The notes below the pieces were generated by a model. The model saw nothing but the letters and a program-made list of their open reading frames with translations. It was not told the DNA's origin and ran no database searches. A DNA stretch of 64,000 nucleotides from an uncultured Nitrososphaeria archaeon (GTDB lineage: Archaea; Thermoproteota; Nitrososphaeria_A; Caldarchaeales; Wolframiiraptoraceae), in contig CAZZKR010000025.1 of the NCBI GenBank assembly GCA_964655015.1, positions 10,064 through 74,063 on the forward strand. Reading direction: 5' to 3'. Shown here piece after piece: positions 59,934 through 64,000 of the stretch; positions within the stretch are counted from its first letter, which is position 1; every line of letters starts with the position of its first letter. The position numbers were made by a program, and so were the translations under genes.

Positions 59934-60658
59934 GAGCGATGGAAGTATGGGCATCTGTCGACATAATCTCGGGTAAGGTGGTTCGACTTGTTAGAGGTGA
60001 CCCAAACCAATCCATAGTTTATAGTGATGACCCAATTTTCGTGGCGAGAAGGTGGGCACGATTGGGGTTTGATGGCATACACATCGTTGACCTTGATGCT
60101 GCCTTGGGTAAGGGCAACAATTTTGAGCACATTAAAAAAATTGCTGAGAGTGTTAGCTTACCTATACAGGTTGGTGGTGGGATACGCAACGTTGAAACTG
60201 TGTGTAATTATATGAGTGTGGGCATCAGCAAGTTCGTACTCGGTACTGTGGTTTTTAAGAAACCAGACGTTTTTAATGAAATGTTAAAAAAGTTTGGGCC
60301 GGAAAGGTTCGTCGTTGCCTTAGATTTTAAAGGTGATAATGTCGTTGTTGAAGGTTGGAGGAGCGACACGGGTACAAAAGTTTTAGACGCGATACTTCAG
60401 CTGATGAATAAAGGTATTAGATCTTTCTTATTAACAGATGTCGAGAGGGATGGAACATTGTTGGGCCCGAGCCTAAAAACTATAATGGAAGCTACGAATG
60501 TGAAAGGTGTCTCGATTTACGCTGCTGGTGGGATCTCTTCTATCGATGATGTAGTTACTCTCGGCAAGCTGGGCGTTAGGGGCGTAATACTCGGAAGGTC
60601 CATATATGAAGGAATGATTAACATAGAAGATCTGCTATCCATAGCAAGGGGGCTTTAG
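59930..60658 (+). CDS. hisA: ProFAR isomerase HisA
   Basis: 242 aa TIM barrel; …IHIVDLDAA…GGGIR…. Confidence 0.85.
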   Translation: MRAMEVWASVDIISGKVVRLVRGDPNQSIVYSDDPIFVARRWARLGFDGIHIVDLDAALGKGNNFEHIKKIAESVSLPIQVGGGIRNVETVCNYMSVGISKFVLGTVVFKKPDVFNEMLKKFGPERFVVALDFKGDNVVVEGWRSDTGTKVLDAILQLMNKGIRSFLLTDVERDGTLLGPSLKTIMEATNVKGVSIYAAGGISSIDDVVTLGKLGVRGVILGRSIYEGMINIEDLLSIARGL

Positions 60659-60659
60659 C

Positions 60660-61424
60660 GTGTTAGCAAAACGAATAATACCGTGTCTCGATATGGATCA
60701 TGGAAGAGTGTTAAAGGGCAGGAAGTTCGTTGAACTCAAGGATGTAGGGGACCCTGTAGAGCTTGCCCTTAAATACAGAGATGATGGAGCGGACGAGCTC
60801 GTATTATTGGACATAACAGCATCCGTTGAAAAAAGAAGAATACTGTTGGATGTAGTTAGAAGGGTTGCTGAAGTGCTTGACATACCATTTACCGTAGGTG
60901 GTGGCATAAGGACCGTTGAGGATGCGCATGATATTTTAACTAACGGTGGCGATAGGGTGGCTGTGAATACTGCTGCTGTGGAGAATCCAGAATTTATAAG
61001 AAAGCTCTCAGAAATTTATGGTAGCCAATGCGTCGTCGTAGCTATAGATGCCAAAAGGGTCTATACTAAAGACGGTCTATGGTTTGAAGTCTATACATAT
61101 GGTGGTAGGAAACCTACCGGTATTGACGCGGTTGAATGGGCAAAAAGGGTTGAGGAGTTGGGAGCTGGTGAGATTTTGCTAACATCGATTGATAGAGACG
61201 GCACAAAAGATGGTTACGACCTTGAGTTGATACGCGCAATATCGAGCAACGTATCGATACCTGTAATCGCAAGCGGTGGGTGTGGAAGGCCTGAGCACTT
61301 CCTCGAGGCTTTCAAGGCTGGCGCTGATGCTGCCCTTGCGGCCTCTATATTTCATTATGATGAATATCCAATCCCCGTTGTGAAGAGATACCTTAAGGAG
61401 AGAGGGGTGCATGTGAGGCTATGA
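60660..61424 (+). CDS. hisF: Imidazole glycerol phosphate synthase cyclase subunit HisF
   Basis: 254 aa; RIIPCLDM…, …VGGGIRT… and …[13 protein letters not shown]…. Confidence 0.9.
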   Translation: MLAKRIIPCLDMDHGRVLKGRKFVELKDVGDPVELALKYRDDGADELVLLDITASVEKRRILLDVVRRVAEVLDIPFTVGGGIRTVEDAHDILTNGGDRVAVNTAAVENPEFIRKLSEIYGSQCVVVAIDAKRVYTKDGLWFEVYTYGGRKPTGIDAVEWAKRVEELGAGEILLTSIDRDGTKDGYDLELIRAISSNVSIPVIASGGCGRPEHFLEAFKAGADAALAASIFHYDEYPIPVVKRYLKERGVHVRL

Positions 61425-61753
61425 AGCATGTAAGGGTTGATGAATTGAACTTTGAGAAATCCGGAGGACTCATTCCTGTAGTAGCATACGACAGAAGAAC
61501 AAATGAGGTTTTAATGCTTGCCTATGCTAACAAGGAAGCGATCGAGAAAACGCTCACGTCTGGCTATGCACATTACTTTAGCAGATCAAGAAATAGGATA
61601 TGGATGAAGGGTGAGACATCTGGTAACGTGCAAAGGGTCCTTGAAGTTCTGGTCGATTGCGATAATGACTCGTTAATCTACGTAGTCGAGCAGGAAGGCG
61701 TTGCATGTCACACCGGACATAGGACGTGTTTCTTTAGAAAGCTCGTCCTCTAA
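61421..61753 (+). CDS. hisI: Phosphoribosyl-AMP cyclohydrolase HisI
   Basis: 110 aa; …[16 protein letters not shown]…DCDND…ACHTG… matches HisI. Confidence 0.85.
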   Translation: MKHVRVDELNFEKSGGLIPVVAYDRRTNEVLMLAYANKEAIEKTLTSGYAHYFSRSRNRIWMKGETSGNVQRVLEVLVDCDNDSLIYVVEQEGVACHTGHRTCFFRKLVL

Positions 61754-61845
61754 ACACGTTCAGGTCTTTTAAGTTAAATATTATGCGCGACATTATCGCA
61801 AAAAGTTTTATCCTTGATGTTACGATGTAACTGACTGGATAAATT

Positions 61846-63120
61846 ATGCGCAAACGTATGGAAGGTTTCCCGACACTCGTTAGCTTTAAAGAAAGTAGAC
61901 GTAAACTGGCCGAGGTTATCAAATATCGCATACTCGAAACAGTTGAAGTTGCGTTAGAGGATGCCTTGAATATGGTGTGCGCAGAGGACATATTTGCGCC
62001 TATCGATTTGCCTGAGTTTGACAGAAGTGCCGTTGATGGTTATGCGGTTGTAGCGGAAGATACATTTGGCTCATCTCCAAACAATCCTGTTGAATTAAAA
62101 CTCATAGGTAAAGTTCACGCAGGAATGAAACCCTCAGACATGCCGAAGGTCAATAGAGGAGAGGCTGTCGAGATATACACAGGTGCGCGTTTACCAGAAG
62201 GCGCTAATGCAGTCGTTATGGTTGAACATACGAACAAATTAGGCGACTCCATCGAGGTGTTGTATCCTGTTTCACCGTACCAAAACGTGTCAAAGAAGGG
62301 CGAGGATTACAAAAAAGGCGAATTAGTAATTAAGAAGGGAACGATGATAAGACCATGGCATATTGCTGCACTCGCTGCGTTGAACATTCCAAAAGTAAAA
62401 GTATTGCGGAAGCCAAGATTTGCTGTCTTATCAACTGGTAGCGAGTTGGTTGAAGTAGGTTCAGAACTTAAGGAAGGTAACGTCGTGAACAGCTCAAAAC
62501 CTATGCTCAAGAGTCTTCTAAAAGAACTTGGTTGTGAGGTATTGGACTTAGGAACTATCCCTGATGACCTAGAGAAAATAAAGGAATCCATAAAGGAAGG
62601 ATTGAGGGTAGCTGACGCCGTTATAATTACTGGAGGTACAAGCGTCGGTGAGCTGGATCTCGTCCCTGAAGCGATTAACTCTTTGGGCAAACCCGGCCTC
62701 GTGGTTCACGGTATAATGATGAGACCAGCAAAGCCTACTGGTTTCGGCGTAATAGATAACAAACCGGTTTTCATATTATCTGGCCTGCCTGTGGCCGCAT
62801 TGGTAGGTTTTCAGAATTTTATAAAACCTTCAATTCAAATGATACTCGGGTTGCCCGAAGAACCAAAAATTACGGTGAGAGGAAGGTTGACCAGAAGGGT
62901 CGCCAACCCGCATGGCGTAAGGTCCTTCGTTAGGGTCAGGGTTATGAGAAAAGATGATGCTTATTATATCGAGCCACTCATGCTCACCGGCTCGGGGCTT
63001 ATTTCAACACTTACTAAAGCTAATGGTATGTTAACGATTCCAGAAGATGTCGAGGGCTATGATGAAGGTGAAGAGGTCGAGGTCGAATTATTCCAACCGA
63101 TAGAGACAATCATAGGGTGA
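61846..63120 (+). CDS. moeA: Molybdopterin molybdenumtransferase MoeA
   Basis: 424 aa with the MoeA N-domain (…FDRSAVDGYAV…), a MoCF-binding domain (…TGGTSVG…) and a C-terminal domain. Confidence 0.85.
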   Translation: MRKRMEGFPTLVSFKESRRKLAEVIKYRILETVEVALEDALNMVCAEDIFAPIDLPEFDRSAVDGYAVVAEDTFGSSPNNPVELKLIGKVHAGMKPSDMPKVNRGEAVEIYTGARLPEGANAVVMVEHTNKLGDSIEVLYPVSPYQNVSKKGEDYKKGELVIKKGTMIRPWHIAALAALNIPKVKVLRKPRFAVLSTGSELVEVGSELKEGNVVNSSKPMLKSLLKELGCEVLDLGTIPDDLEKIKESIKEGLRVADAVIITGGTSVGELDLVPEAINSLGKPGLVVHGIMMRPAKPTGFGVIDNKPVFILSGLPVAALVGFQNFIKPSIQMILGLPEEPKITVRGRLTRRVANPHGVRSFVRVRVMRKDDAYYIEPLMLTGSGLISTLTKANGMLTIPEDVEGYDEGEEVEVELFQPIETIIG

Positions 63121-63125
63121 TTATT

Positions 63126-64000
63126 ATGGCGTTAATATTTCATAGAATGGTTTCTGTCGAAGATGCTTTAAAACTTGTCGAAGAGAGTCTTGGAGGCATA
63201 AGGCCTCTTGGTGTAGAAGAGGTAAATTTACTTGAAGCGCTTGGACGTGTTCTTGCCGAAGATGTATACGCAAAAGTAGATTCGCCACCTTTTGATAGGT
63301 CTACTGTGGATGGTTATGCAGTCGATGCAAAAGATGTTTACGGTGCTAGTGAATCAGAACCTGTATGTTTAACAATATCTGGAAAGTCTGAAGTCGGTTC
63401 CGTACCTACGGCTGAGGCTGGTGGTGGGTGTTGTGTGGAGACCGCCACGGGCGCCCCTCTACCTAGAGGTGCGAACGCTGTAGTCATGGTGGAATATACC
63501 AAACGTGTGGATAATAAAGTCTATGTGTATAGGTCTGTGGCTCCTGGAGAAAACGTCTCCCAAACTGGATCGGATATAACTGCGGGTGACGTTGTGATAA
63601 GAAAGGGCAAGGTAATCTTACCGAGCGATATTGCCATATTGGCAGCAATGGGTTACAAATCTATTAAAGTTTATCGTAAACCAAGAATTGCAGTCTTCTC
63701 TACTGGTAGCGAGCTTGTTGAGCCGGGCCAACCCCTATTCCAAGGAAAAGTCTACGACGTAAATGGTTATGCACTAACAGCCATGTTAAAGGAGATCGGT
63801 GCTGATGTCGATTTCCTCGGAATATTGCCTGATGATTATCAAGTGATAAAGCAAAATATAGCGCAGGCGCTTCAGCAGTACGACGTCGTAGTAACGTCTG
63901 GAAGTACATCTGCAGGATTTGGTGATGCGATATACAAAGTCTTCGCGGAGCATGGAGCCGTTGTCGTTCACGGTCTCAAGCTGAGACCTGGCAAACCGAC
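63126..64000 (+). CDS. moeA: Second MoeA paralog (3' end outside window)
   Basis: Not in the ORF track because it runs off the window. The ATG at 63126 opens MALIFHRMVSVEDALKLV…FDRSTVDGYAV…STGSELVEPG…TSGSTSAGFGD. This is paralogous to the upstream moeA. Confidence 0.8.
   Translation, partial: MALIFHRMVSVEDALKLVEESLGGIRPLGVEEVNLLEALGRVLAEDVYAKVDSPPFDRSTVDGYAVDAKDVYGASESEPVCLTISGKSEVGSVPTAEAGGGCCVETATGAPLPRGANAVVMVEYTKRVDNKVYVYRSVAPGENVSQTGSDITAGDVVIRKGKVILPSDIAILAAMGYKSIKVYRKPRIAVFSTGSELVEPGQPLFQGKVYDVNGYALTAMLKEIGADVDFLGILPDDYQVIKQNIAQALQQYDVVVTSGSTSAGFGDAIYKVFAEHGAVVVHGLKLRPGKP

Noticed and set aside
63700-63971. Minus-strand ORFs 63700..63909 and 63786..63971
   Set aside because: They lie inside the second moeA coding region on the opposite strand and are shadow ORFs.
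1-64000. CRISPR arrays, IS elements, integrases or long direct repeats
   Set aside because: No regularly spaced repeats, transposase/integrase-like ORFs or phage-like genes were seen. The window appears to be core chromosome.

Overview
This window is a gene-dense archaeal chromosomal segment of about 45% GC with thermophile-type protein composition (high Ile, Val, Lys, Glu). Shine-Dalgarno-like GGAGG motifs and GTG/TTG starts are used. No CRISPR array, no mobile element and no rRNA is evident.

The content is dominated by information-processing and housekeeping genes:
- aIF2gamma (3' part), the rpoE/spt4 operon, Trm5, tRNA-Ser, cbf5, L14e, mobB, cmk and the PolD large subunit (DP2).
- GGGP synthase, an Elf1-like factor, Clp1, a GINS51-like protein, PriS, L34e, DUF106, secY and L15.
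- An aconitase-family protein, MscS, purB and the nop5-fibrillarin-rnhB-THEP1-trm1 operon.
- rrmJ, a TFEbeta-like factor, tfb, gar1, srp19, S8e and scpB-scpA-smc.
- A prolidase, uppS with a DUF373 membrane protein, and a coiled-coil protein paired with a GPN-loop GTPase.
- A MacB-like ABC system with a large secreted protein, htrA, a hemL-like aminotransferase and a small Toprim protein.
- A CdrS-like RHH gene coupled to ftsZ, metG, thrS, a his operon (hisG-hisC-HAD-hisB-hisH-hisA-hisF-hisI) and two tandem moeA genes.

The most notable observations:
- cbf5 is interrupted by a 20-nt insert that behaves like a crenarchaeal-type mRNA intron; removing it restores the conserved [15 protein letters not shown] motif.
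- metG encodes its conserved HIGH-motif N-terminus upstream of any in-frame start codon. This is either a sequencing error in a G-run or a frameshift.
- A 48-aa ribbon-helix-helix gene is translationally coupled to ftsZ, resembling the cdrS-ftsZ2 arrangement of Euryarchaeota.
- Two paralogous PflX/AmmeMemo-type radical SAM genes sit tail to tail.
- A 400-aa HAD protein sits inside the his operon and is a candidate for the missing histidinol-phosphate phosphatase.

The combination of PolD, FtsZ, Elf1, a TFEbeta-like factor and an mRNA intron suggests a non-crenarchaeal lineage, possibly TACK-related or deep-branching. Coordinates for features not in the ORF track were derived by hand and may be off by 1-2 nt.
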